From Mobula hypostoma (Eukaryota): 64,000 nt of DNA. The stretch covers positions 91,390,001-91,454,000 of the forward strand of contig NC_086108.1 of assembly GCF_963921235.1 (NCBI RefSeq). Direction: 5' to 3'. This document shows positions 35,275 through 47,483 of the stretch, one piece after another. Position numbers and translations under genes: made by a program. Under the pieces are notes generated by a model. The model was not told where the DNA came from and did no database searches. It worked only from the letters and a program-made list of their open reading frames with translations. How positions within the stretch are numbered: position 1 is the first letter of the stretch; each line of letters starts with the position of its first letter.

Positions 35275-38200
35275 GGTACAACAGATGACACGGACATGGT
35301 GAACTGAGGGGACTGCATCTGTGCTGTAGACACCACTGCCCATAAATCCACGATAATGGAAAGGTTTGAGAGTTACCAACAATTGTAATACAATACACTT
35401 CACAGACATTCAGTGACAGTAGATAAGAATTGGTCAGTAAGATTAGGAACTGATTGGTTCCAAATGTTTCCTGGACCAGTTGATACTCTAACTGGCTTAC
35501 CACCTGAAGCTTCAAATGTAGGCAATGAAAGTATGAGTTTCATAATGTAACTTATAGTTGAGGATATTATAGCCCCAGAAATTGCTCAACCATGGTGTCT
35601 GCATGGTATACTTATGAAACAGGGACCGGCATGGATCTGTCCAAAGGAAGACTTACAGCCATTCTACAATAGAAGACTCAAGCCATTAAGGGAACAAGTC
35701 ATACAGGACTTTATCCCAGGAGATCCTAGATGACAGATCTAGGGTGAGTTACATGCAGTGTTTTCTGATATAGTGAAAGCTATTGTCATGAGTTATGTAT
35801 AATGCCCAAATATTAATTAATAAGAACTTTGAGAAAGCAATATCAATTGTAACTTGTCAATAATGCATCATTCATAAGCATCTCTCATTCTCTCCTTGTT
35901 ACTGAGAAATGATTCTCTCGGTGCTCTAGAGCCATTATGGTGATTAGAATGCACCTGCATTCCCACCCTACTTCACTGTCCAACCTTAAATATATTACAG
36001 TCAAAGTCACATAGCTTTTAAAAATCATTCAGATGCTTCCAGATATCTTTGAGGCATCCAATAATGTTGAAAGGTTCTTGAACAATTAGAAAACAAAAAG
36101 GTCAGAAGCTTCACAAAAACACTTTTGAAAATCAAAATTAGAATCAGAATCAGGTTTAATGTAAGACCATAAGACCCTAAGACATAGGAGCAGAATTAGG
36201 CCATTTGGCCCATTGGATCTGCTACACCATTCAATTATGGCGGATCCTTTTCTCTCCCCTCCTCAGCCCGACTCCCCAGCATTCTCCTCATAACTTTTGA
36301 TGCCATGTTCAATCAAGAACATATTAATCTCCACCTTAAATACACCTCAACAGCTGCCTGTGCTATCAAATTCCACAAATACACCACCCTCTGGCTGAAG
36401 AAATTTCTCTGCATCTCTGTTTTAAATGGACGCCTCTCTATTCTGAGGCTGTCCCTTCTTGTCCTACACTCTCCCACCAAGAGAAACATCCTTTCCATAT
36501 CTACTCTGTCTAGGCCTTTCAACATTCAAAAAGTTTCAATGAGATCCTCCCTCATCCTTTTAAGTTCCAGCGAGTACAGACCCAGAGCCATCAAACATCC
36601 TTCGTGTGATAACCCTTTCATTCATGGATTCATCCTCACAAACTTCCTCTGAATATTTTCCAATGCCTGCACATCTTTACTTAGATAAGGAGCTGAAAAC
36701 TGTTCATAATACTCAAGGTAAAGCCACACCAGTGCCTTATAAAACTTCAGCATCAGATCCTTGCTTTTATATTCGAGACCTCTTGAAATGAATGCTAAAA
36801 TTGCATTTGCCTGCCTCACCACCGACTCAACCTGCAAGTTAATCTTTAGGGTGTTCTTCACAAGGACTCCCAAGTCCTTTTGCATCTCAGATTTTCAGAT
36901 TTTCTCCTCATTTAGAAAATAGTCTGCACATTTATTTCTTCTATCAAAGTGCATGTACATGCATTTTTCAACATTGTATTTCATTTGCCACTTTCCTGCC
37001 CACTCTCCTAATCTAAGTCCTTCTGCATCCTTCCTGTTCCCTTAACACTACTTGCACTTCCACCAATCTTTGTATTATCTGCAAATTTAGCAACAAAGCC
37101 ATCTATTTCATCATCCAAATCGTTGATATAAAGCATAAAAAGAAGCGGTCCCAACACCGACCCCTATGGAATACCACTACTCTACTGGTAACCAATAGAA
37201 AAGAATCCTTTTATTCCCATTCACTGCCTCTTACCAATCAGCCAATGCTCTAATCATGTTAGTAACCTTCTTCTAATACCATGGGCTCTTAACTTGGTAA
37301 GCATCCTCATGTGTGGCACCTTGTCAAAGGCCTTCTGAACGTCCAACTATGCAACATCCACTGCATCCCCTTTATCTATCCTACGTGTAATCTCCTCAAA
37401 TAATTCCAACAGGTTCATCAGGCAGGACTTTTCCTGAAGGAAACCATGCTGATTTTGTACTATCTTGTCCTGTGTCACCAAGTACTCCATAACTTAACCA
37501 TATAACAATTACAGCACGGAAACAGGCCATCTTGACCCTTCTAGTCCGTGCCGAACTTTTACTCTCACCTAGTCCCACCGACCTGCACTCAGCCTATAAC
37601 CCTCCATTCCTTTCCTGTCCATATAGCTATCCAATTTAACTTTAAATGACAACATCGAACCTGCCTCAACCACTTCCGCAGGAAGCTCGTTCCACACTGC
37701 TACCACTCTTTGAGTAAAGAAGTTCCCCCTCATGTTACTCCTAAACTTTTGCCCTTTAACCCTTAACTCATGTCCTCTTGTTTGAATCTCCCCCATGCGC
37801 AATGGAAAAAGCCTATCCACGTCAACTCTATCTATCCCCCTCATAATTTTAAATACCTCTATCAAGCCCCCCTCAACCTTCTATGCTCCAAGGAATAAAG
37901 ACCCAACTTGTTCAACCTTTCTATGTACCTTAGGTGACGAAACCCAGGTAATATTCTAGTAAATCTTCTCTGTACTCTCTCTATTTTGTTGACACCTTTC
38001 CTGTAGTTCGGTGACCAGAACTGTACACAATACTCCAAATTTGGCCTTACCAATGCCTTGTACAATTTCAACATTACATCCCAACTCCTATACTCAATGC
38101 TCTGATTTATAAAGGCCAGCATACCAAAAGCTTTCTTCACCACCCTATCCACATGAGATTCCACCTTTGGGGAACTATGCACCATTATTCCTAGATCCCT

Positions 38201-38417
38201 CTGTTCTACTGCATTCTTCAATGCACTACCATTTACCATCTATGTCCTATTTTGATTAGTCATACCAAAATGTAGTACCTCACATTTATCAGCATTAAAC
38301 TCCATCTGCCATCTTACAGCCCACTCTTCTAACTGGCCTAAATCTCTCTGCAAGCTTTGAAAACCTTTTTCATTATCCACAACTCCACCTATCTTAGTAT
38401 TATCTGCATACTTACTA

Positions 38418-40001
38418 CAGGTTTCCCCCACCATCCGAAGGTAAAGCGTTCCTATGAAACGGTTTGTAAGCCGAAATGTCGTAAAGCGAAGAAGTAATTA
38501 CCATTTACTTATATGGGAAAATTTTGTGAGCAGTCACAGACCCAAAAATAACCTACCAAATCATGCCAAATAACACATAAAACCTAAAATAACAGTAACA
38601 TATAGTAAAAGCAGGAATGATATGATTAATACACAGCCTATATAAAGTAGAAATACTTTTCCACAATCATTGCCGGCACTGTTCGCCAAAGCGAAAATCT
38701 CACGCAAGCGCTCTCAGCAGAAAATCTCATGCAAGCGCTCTCCAGTAACCTTTAAGCTATGAAGCTGCCAAATCATACCAAATAACACGTAAGATACACA
38801 GCCGATATAAAGTAGAAATAATGTATGTACAGTGTAGTATCACTTACCGGAATTGGGAAGACAACGCGGAGCACACTGATGATGGTGTGTTAGACTGAGT
38901 CATCGCAGATTGGGTGGTGCAGTGGTCCCCACCCTCCGGGCCGCTGACTGATACATTGCCGTGAAACACGCAGGGGTCCAGCGGTAGCCAGGAAGCACAC
39001 AGCACGTATTTAAGAAAAAAGCAGAAATAAACATGCTAATTAATTAGGTGCTGCCCGACACGTAATTGTCGGCTCAGATCCATGCTGATTACCAATTGCA
39101 TTGCCTCTGATCTGGGCCGACATTTACATGTGGAGCGGCACCTAATTAATTCGAATGTTTATTTCGGCTTTTTTCTTAAAAATATGCTGTGTGTCTCCCG
39201 GCTACTGCTGCATTCTCTGCAAATTGTTACTGTATCTGTCCGCGGCCTGGGTGTTGGGGTGGTGGGACACGAGGTGTCATCTCACCGTCGATCAGGGCAG
39301 GCGGCTCATCTTCTCCTATGACTGCCCGCCTAGATGTCGGAAGGTCGAGGTTCGTCGTCTGCTGTGGCTGATGTGGAAGGCTTGCTTGACTGCTGAGCCT
39401 CGCGCATTTTTCTATCATACAGTTCTTTGTAAGGACTGAAACCATCTTGCAAATATCCCCTAAACCTACGTACCCTTTCAAAATTAAAGTCGTACTTTAT
39501 CATTGCAGTGAAAATCTCACGCAGTGGCTTCACGTTCATTTCGCTACTGCATTCGGTTTCGATTGTTGTCCTGTCCTCTTCCAATTGCATCAGCTCTTCA
39601 TCTATCAGTTCTTGGTCATGGGATGCCAAAACGTCTTCAACATCACCTTCGTCAGCTTCCACAAGTCAAACTCACTTTGTCCTTACTTCGTTCACCACGA
39701 TCAAAATGCTTAATTGTGTCTAGTTTTACGCTAAATGTAACACCCTTACGAGCTCTTTCAGGCTTTTCCTACACCTCAGAATTCATCTTGCAAACGGCTG
39801 CTCAATGCAACGTGTTAAAGCGATGCTGTTCCGAATCCGGGGGAGAGTGGCTGCTCGGGGTGCGTGCTGATTTTTTACCGCGCGCTGTTTTTTTTCGTAA
39901 CAGTGAAAACACCTTCTGAAAGCGAAAACAGGGTACTAATGTAGGTCTTTCGTAACAGTGAGGTTTCGTAAAGCGAACGTTCGAAAAGCAGGGGACACCT
40001 C
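38418..40001 (-). mobile_element. pogo/Tigger-like internally deleted DNA transposon
   Basis: TA|CAGGTTTCCCCC...GGGGACACCT(C)|TA; N-terminal RKGVTFSVKLDTIKHFDRGER fused to Tigger-like C-terminus DVEDVLASHDQELIDEELMQLEE...YKELYDRK. Confidence 0.9.
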
Positions 40002-41217
40002 TAATCCAATTTACCACCCCATCATCCAGATCATTAATGTATATGACAACATTGGACCCAGTACAGATCCCTGAGGCACACCACTATTCACCGGCCTCCA
40101 ATCTGACAAACAGTTATCCACCACTACTCTCTGGCGTCTCCCATCCAGCCACTGCTGAATTAATTTTACTACTTCAATATTAATACCTAATGATTGAACC
40201 TTCCTAACTAACCTTCCATGTGGAACCTTGTCAAAGGCCTTACTGAAGTCCATATAGATAACATCCACCGCTTTACCCTCATCATCTTTCCTAGTAACCT
40301 CTTCAAAAAATTCAGTAAGATTTGTCAAACATGACCTTCCATGCACAAATCCATGTTGACTGTTCCTAATCAGACCCTGTCTATCCAGATAATTATATAT
40401 ACCATCTCTAAGAATACTTTCCATCAATTTACCCACCACTGACGTCAAACTCACAGGCTGATAATTGCTAGGTTTACTCTTAGAACCCTTTTTAAACAAT
40501 GGAACAACATGAGGAATACTCCAATCCTCCGGCACCATCCCCGTTTCTAATGACACTTGAAATATTTCTGTCAGAGCCCCTACTATTTCCATACTAACTT
40601 CCCTCAAGGTCCTAGGGAATATCCTGTAGGGACCTGGAGACTTATCCACTTTTATATTCCTTAAAAGAGTCAGTACTTCCTCTTCTTTAATCATCATAGT
40701 TTCCATAACTATCCTACCTGTGTCCCTTATCTTACACAATTCAATATCCTTCTCCCTAGTGAATATCGAAGAAAAGAAATTGTTCAGAATTTCCCCCATC
40801 TCTTTTGGCTCCACATATAGCTGTCCGTTCTGATTCTCTAAGGGACCAATCTTATCCCTCACTATCCTTTTGCTACTAATAAACTGTAGGAACCCTTTGG
40901 ATTTATTTTCACCTTGCTTGCCAAAGCAACCTCATATCTTCTTTTAGCTTTTCTAATTTCTTTCTTAAGATTCTTTTTACATTCTTTATATTCCTTGAGC
41001 ACCTCATTTTCTCCAAGCTGCCCATATTTATTGTAGATATCTCTCTTTTTCCAAACCATGTTTCCAATATCCCTTGAAAACCATGGCCCTCTCAAATTTT
41101 TAACTTCTCTTTTCAACCTAACAGGAACATAAAGATTCTGTACCTTCAAAATTTCTTCCAAAGTGCGCGACCATAAACCTCCTACTTTGTACTTCAAGTT
41201 GCAGGTTTAGAGTGATT

Positions 41218-41952
41218 AGCATACCAATCCTCATAGAGGGATCAGAAGTGGAGAGAGTGAGCAGTTTCAAGTTCCTGGATATCAACATCTCTGAGGACCT
41301 AACCTGGTCTCAACATGTCAATGCAGTTATAAAGAAGGCAAGACAGCGGCTATACTTCATTAGGAGTTGGAAGAGATTTGGTATGCCAACAAATACACTC
41401 AATAACTTCTATACAGTAGATGTATCATGGACAGCATTCTGACAGGCTACATCACTGTCTGGTATGGGGAAGGAACGACTGCACAGGACTGAAAGAAGCT
41501 GCAGAGGGTTGTAAATTTATTCAGCTCCATCTTGGGTACTAGCCTACAAAGTACCCAGGACATCTTCAAGGAGCAGTGTCTCAGAAAGGCAGCATCTATT
41601 ATTAAAGACCTCCAGCACACAGGTCATGTCCTTTTCTCGCTGTTACCATCAGGTAGGAGGTACAGAAGCCTGAAGGCACACACTCAGTGATTCAGGAACA
41701 GCTTCTTTCCCTCTGCCATCCAATTCCTAAATGGACACTGAACCCGTGAACACTACTTCACCTTCTTAATATATATTATTTCTGGGTTTTTTGCATGATT
41801 TTTAATCTATTCAATATACATATACTGTAATTGATTTACTTATTTATTTTTTTTCTTCTTCTTCTATATTATGTATTGCATTGAACTGCTGCTGCTAAGT
41901 TAACATATTTCACCACATATGCTGGTGATAATAAACCTGATTCTGATTCTGA
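41218..41952 (+). mobile_element. Rex1/Babar LINE 3' fragment
   Basis: VERVSSFKFLDINISEDLTWSQHVNAVIKKARQRLYFIR; TGATTC tail. Confidence 0.93.
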
Positions 41953-42579
41953 ACTGCAGTTCGTTTTGCTGACAGTGCATACCACAGTCATTGTATTAGT
42001 GTGGTTGACGGGATGTCTTTCCAGGGTGAAGTTATCCCAGAATCTGCCGCTTTTCTTGCAGTTAGAGCTACAGTCAGTAAGGCACCTGGAGCATATTCCA
42101 TCCTGCTCCCGACATGTGCCTTGTAGATGTTTAAAAGGGTTTGGAGTGTCAGGAGATGAATTACCTCAACCCTGGGTCCAGACCTATCCTTCTCCATAAT
42201 TATATTGAAACTAATGGCATTGTGATCACTGGACCTGAAGTGCTCCCCAGCACAAACCTCTGTCACCTGACCTATCTCATTCCCTAACAGAAGATCCAAC
42301 ACTGCCCCTTCTCTAGTTGCTACCTCTATGTATTGCTGCAAAAACTATCCTGCACACATTTTACAAACTTCATTCTTAACAATTGACTCCAACATCTTCC
42401 CAACCATTGAGGTCAGGCTAACTGGTCTATAATTTCCTTTCAGCTGCCTCCCTACTTTTTTAAAGAGTGGGGTGACTTTTGCAATTTTCCAGTCCTCCAG
42501 AACCATGGCAGAGACCAATGCTTCTTGAAAGATCATTACTAATGCCTCCACAATCTCTACCACTACCTCTTTAAGGACC

Positions 42580-42614
42580 AGCATATGTCATGAAATTTGT
42601 TGCCTTTGCAGCAG

Positions 42615-42656
<42 letters not shown>

Positions 42657-43055
42657 AGTAATGCAAATATATAAATAAGAGAAGTAGTTAGGTTGTGTTT
42701 TCATGGGTTCAATGTCCATTTAGAAATTGGATGGCACGGGAAAGAAGCTGTTCCTGAATCGTTAAGTATGTTCTTCAGGCTTCTGTACCTCCTTCCTGAT
42801 GTTAGCAATGAGAACGGTGGGGGGTGGGGGGAAGAGACGCTGATGGACGCTGCCTTCTTGAGGCATCACTCCTTAAAGATGTCTTGGATACTACGGAGGC
42901 CAGTGCCCATGATGCAGCTAACTAAGTTTACAACTCTCTGTAGCTTATTTCAGTCTTGTGAAGTAGCACCACCCCCCATCCCCACCCCCAGACAGTGATG
43001 CAGCCAGTTAAAATGCTCTCCACGGCACAGTTGTCGAAATTTGTTAGTGTCTTTT
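42580..43055 (-). mobile_element. Rex1/Babar 3' fragment; its extreme tail lies at about 36140-36160
   Basis: AGAATCAGAATCAGGTTTAAT near 36140 and GCATATGTCATGAAATTTG at 42581 are nearly contiguous in intact tails such as 16170-16210. Confidence 0.8.
42618..42653. repeat. (AT)n microsatellite
   Basis: About 18 uninterrupted AT units. Confidence 0.97.
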
Positions 43056-44564
43056 TATGGGTAATAATGGTAATTGTTAGCAGTTTAGTCATTATTAATC
43101 TGCTTAGATCAGAAGTCCATAAGAATTAGGCCATTTGGCATATTGAGTCTGCTTCACCATTCCATCTTTTCTTATCATTACTTGTACAAATCGCTGGGTG
43201 ATACCTTGCTCAGGTCAAAGCTTCTTCTCGTTGCTGGGATCTTGCTCGCTGTGTTCAGTGACTTACAACTATCAATGCTACAAGGTCCACTTAATTGACT
43301 TCCCCCAAGATATTGAATTCAGCAGGAAAGGCTCCTGTAGATTAGATTTAAAATTAATATTAATATTATTGATAGTTTAGCTGTAAGTTTTTAGGAAGAC
43401 TACAAATTATGCGCAGTCCTTTTCAGACAACTATTCATCTACAGCTGAGATGACTCGACTATCTAACACTTCTCTTGCAGAGCATTTCCCACAAAATTGT
43501 GTGGCAACTGCTGATGATCCATCTCAGACAGCAATCTCATCTTGTGAGTGCACTCCGTGAAATTTAGATTTCAAGCCACTGGAAATGAGAAAAGTGATGC
43601 TGCTTCTTTATTTGGTGCAGCTGCTAATACCTCTTTATCCGAGCTTTGTGACTCATCCAGTCGGATATTTCCCTAATAAGCACTGTTTTGTTCTACAAGT
43701 AATGCTGAGATGGCTAAGAAGTTGGAAATTTGAAGAGATAGGTGAGTGAATGACAGTTTTGGATCATAGCATGTATACAACTAATAAACTAGGGTCAACT
43801 TTCCAAATCTACTTTGAACTTTGCAATACTTAGGCAACAACAGTACCAGATTGAAGTGACTTTAATAAAATATGCTGCTCTATGGGCACCGATGTCAAGG
43901 GTTCAAAGTAAATTTATTATCAAAGTACATAAATGTCACCATATACTACCCCGAGATTCATTTTCTTGCAGGCATTCACAGTAGAACAAAGCAATACAAT
44001 AGCATGAATGAAAAGTAACCCCTAAAGACTGACAAACTTTATAAAAAGGTTTACCTTTTAGTATCTTAATATTTATTTACCTTATAAAATGCATATAGTG
44101 TAGAGCAGTTTGAATTCATTTTTGACTAGCTTTATCTTGTGGTTTTCATTCACTGCTTACTTTAGTGATGGCTAGGCAAACCTTCCACAACCTCTTGACT
44201 TCCTAGATACAAAAAGACTGGTTAGTATTTTGATTTGCAAAAGAAGTCAGACAGGTGTAAGAGATTATCTGTAGGGGAGGACTTAACTGATCAACTCACA
44301 TTGATTCTTGTTGGCAACACCATTGCTGAATTGCCCTCCATCAACAACTAGCTGGTAGTGGATTAAAGTCATAGTAGTAGTAGAGCAACTATTCAAGTTG
44401 AGAATGATGTTCTCCTGAGGGGTTCTCTGTTGGTGGGTTATCAGGTGGCTGTAGAGGCAAATCTGGATCCATATATCCTGAAGGGCTTCCAGACTTAACA
44501 ATCTTGTCCCCTTCGCCACTTGCTGATCCCCTCGGGATTAATCCAAGATTCCTTTAATAGAGTA

Positions 44565-44915
44565 TGCCTGTATGTGACTTTGTCTAATGTGGCAAGACTG
44601 ATGCACAAGCAGCCATCACATGGTCCTAGACAAATCGGGGTCAGGGGTCAGGGTCCAGCGGCATGGAGTGCAAGATGACTGGGGACTCCTCCTAGCTGCA
44701 GCCTTCTTCTGCCTTCACTGTTGTTGTGATGTGTCATCATCTTCTGCTAGCTCCACCGCTGAGGTTTTTGTCTGGACCAGCTCTCTTGACCTTACCGCCA
44801 TGGGTGACCCTACCAGGAGCTAAGTGCCAGATGATTAAACTTCCAACAGCATCTCTTGGGATCTCAGGAACTCACATGCCTCTCCCCCATGACAAAGCGA
44901 TGACCCTCGGAGAAG
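44565..44915 (-). mobile_element. Second RTE-derived non-autonomous element
   Basis: Reverse strand CTTTGTCATGGGGGAGAGGC...GATGCTG...CTCCTGGTAGGGTCACCCATGGCGGTAAGGTCAAGAGAG parallels the 30468 element. Confidence 0.68.
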
Positions 44916-44974
44916 TCAGCCTTGCTTGTCCATCTGGTACCATTTGTCTGCACTTGGCTCATACGCCTCTAAAC

Positions 44975-45048
44975 CAGGGGTTTCCAATCTTTTTTTATGC
45001 CATGGACCTATTAAGTGAGGTCCATTCATCCTAGGTTGGGAACCCCTG
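44975..45048. mobile_element. 74-bp hAT (Charlie-type) MITE inside a CR1 3' end (about 44920-45200, minus)
   Basis: CAGGGGTTTCCAA / TTGGGAACCCCTG termini with perfect 8-bp TSD CTCTAAAC (44967-44974 and 45049-45056). Confidence 0.92.
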
Positions 45049-45454
45049 CTCTAAACCTTTCCTATCCATTTAACTTTCCAAGTATCTTTTAAATATTATT
45101 ATTGTACCTGCCTCAACCACTTCCTGTGCACCACGCTCTCCATGAAGAAGTTCCCCCTCTGGTCCCTTTTAAATCTTTCCCCCTTTAAAGTAAACCTGTA
45201 GTTTGGGTAAAAGACTGTGTGCATGCAGCCCTATAGGTGCCAGTGGGATTGGGGTGAGGGAGAGAGAATGATGGTGTGGAAAGTTGCCATTGGCTACAAC
45301 GTCATTTCAGGATGTATGGCATCAGTTTACAGTGCATTAATAGATAGGTATCTAACACTTTAATCAACCTGAAACAAATTTCTGATAAATTCTAACCAGT
45401 GAACCAATAGATGCTTTTATTGCTTATTCATTCCACCATGAGTATAGGAACAGA

Positions 45455-45832
45455 AGCAGAATTAGATTTATGATGACAGACACAAGTCATGAAATTAATT
45501 ATTTGATGCACAGAGCACTACATAAAAATATACTATAGGTTAAAATAAGAAATATATTAATAAATAAGTCATACAAAAATATATTTAAAAAAGTCAGGTA
45601 GTGTTCATGGATTCATTGTCCATTCATAAATCTGATAGTCAAGAAGTAGCTGTTCCCAAAATATTCAGTGTGTATCCTTGGGCTCCTGTACATCCTCCCT
45701 GATAGTAGTAATGAGAAGAGGGCATGTGCTGGATGCTGAGGGTTCTCAATGATGGATGCCTCTGTCTTCAGGTATCACATTTTGAAAATGTACTTGATGG
45801 TGGGGAGGCTAGTACACATGATGGAGCGGCTG
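45455..45832 (-). mobile_element. Rex1/Babar 3' fragment
   Basis: AATGAGAAGAGGGCATG body and GAATTAGATTTATGATGAC tail as in other copies. Confidence 0.8.
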
Positions 45833-47483
45833 ATTTTATTGATCATCAATAAAGGAGATCACTTTTATATCTACACTTCTCAATAGTGCTAAAGTGTTTT
45901 TGTAGCATAACTCTTCTAACGCAAGCAAAATGCTGGTGATAAGATCATGAAAATCTGTTCCATCTGCCTGTAGCTGAAGTTGTATTTCATGACAAAAAAT
46001 TGCCAAAATTTGAGCAACAATTGTCTATTTCATTTTGCACAAATTCCCTTTATTTATTTCAGTTTTTGCAAAGCATATGGATTGGCTATTGTGAACCAGT
46101 GTTAAATGCACAGTGCATTGCTTAATCCCTCATCATCTGGGAATAGGAACCAAATTGAAGTGGGATGTTTTTGATTCTGTGTAACTGCTGTATTCAAACG
46201 GTGCGGCATCTGATCATTTTCCTCTCAAGTTCCTCGGCCACAAATGACATCTTTGATGAGAATATTTCAAAGTCTCCAACAGGCATTCATTGTCCTATGT
46301 TGCACAGTGGTCTTTAGTCTTTTTATAATAAATAGGTTAACATCTTTGTTAGACTAATAAAGAAAGATATTATTTGAACATTTTGTGTTAATGACATTAA
46401 TTATGATTTCCCAGTAGTTGTACATTCATACAGGGACGGCAGGGTAGGGTAAGGTAGGTAGGTCGGGTGATGCCTTCCTGCAAATTAACTGCATTATGCT
46501 CAGTAAGATACCTTAATAGACCTAAATAATATTGGTAACATTTAAATTTTGATTGTAAAAAAATGTATTTCCTTGCATTAATATTTATGATGAAAATTTT
46601 GACAAACTGCATTTGCATGTAATATTTTCCTACATTTGCTTCTTGCAGGAGGAAATTCCACCTCGAATTTCCCTCAGGTGATGAAGGTCCAGATCTTTAA
46701 GTTAAACAACATAAAGGGATACTAGGGCACCTGTGAGGAATCCTTTTATAAATTCCTTGTGAGATGTCATTTGATGTTGGCTACAGACGTGAAGTTACAA
46801 AATGATTGTGACCTGATAGTTTAATGGATTTTAATTGAGTTGCTTGCAGTTTGCATGTAAAGACAATTTAAATCGGTTGCTGTGACCAGCTCTTTTGCCC
46901 CAGCGGTTGCTAGGTGATACACACTCCACTCAAAAGCATCTCTTCATCTCCAGATCTATAATAATATATTAAGTTGCATTATTCTCACTACAGCCATCCT
47001 CAATTACACAATATGTTTGCTTTCCTGTGCAAAGCTACACAATATTGCTCTGTCCATAAGCAGTATAGCCGGTAGTATTTACAATATATTTGACATTTGT
47101 TGCTGTGCAGTTAGAACTGACTGCTGTTTGCTATTGGCTTTATTGATTGAACAGTGCCCATATTGTGTGGAACTTTGCTTGTCCTGTTTTATTAAGACGT
47201 GTTTCTGTGGAAGTTACATTTATTATCCAGTACTGATCGAAATACCTGTGTTAATCCCAAAGCCGCTTCAACGTTTAAAATATAGATTTTTGCAAATAAA
47301 TCTCCCTAAAGACCAAAGTCATTTCAGAGCATCTTTTAAGATTTTTTTTCTTCTTTTCAATAGAACTCTGTTAATCAAGAGTTTCATTTTGACAAGTGAA
47401 GTGGCCCTTGACCACTGGCAGACTTTTTTTTTATATAGGCATCCGTTAGTCTCTCGAGACCATGGATTTGCACCTTGGAAGGT

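Larger units (their letters stand above)
37496..42365 (-). mobile_element. CR1 (subfamily B) with long ORF2 remnant, interrupted twice
   Basis: 283-aa ORF with KSPGP, QHGF, DVIYMDFSKAFDKVPH and SGVPQGSVLGP; KYADNTK; SSDHNAI endonuclease end; AACTT at 37491-37495 and 42366-42370. Confidence 0.95.
36161..42580 (-). mobile_element. CR1 (subfamily A) split into 36161-37495 and 42366-42580
   Basis: RT sequence AAGTACTCCATAAC continues as TTCATTCTTAACAATTGACTCC at about 42369; EDWKIAKVTPLFKK motif. Confidence 0.9.

Noticed and set aside
41988..42341. Novel fusion protein
   Set aside because: Chance in-frame join of two dead LINE fragments at a rearrangement junction
46433..46468. G-quadruplex candidate
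   Set aside because: Irregular G-tracts with a long loop and no supporting context
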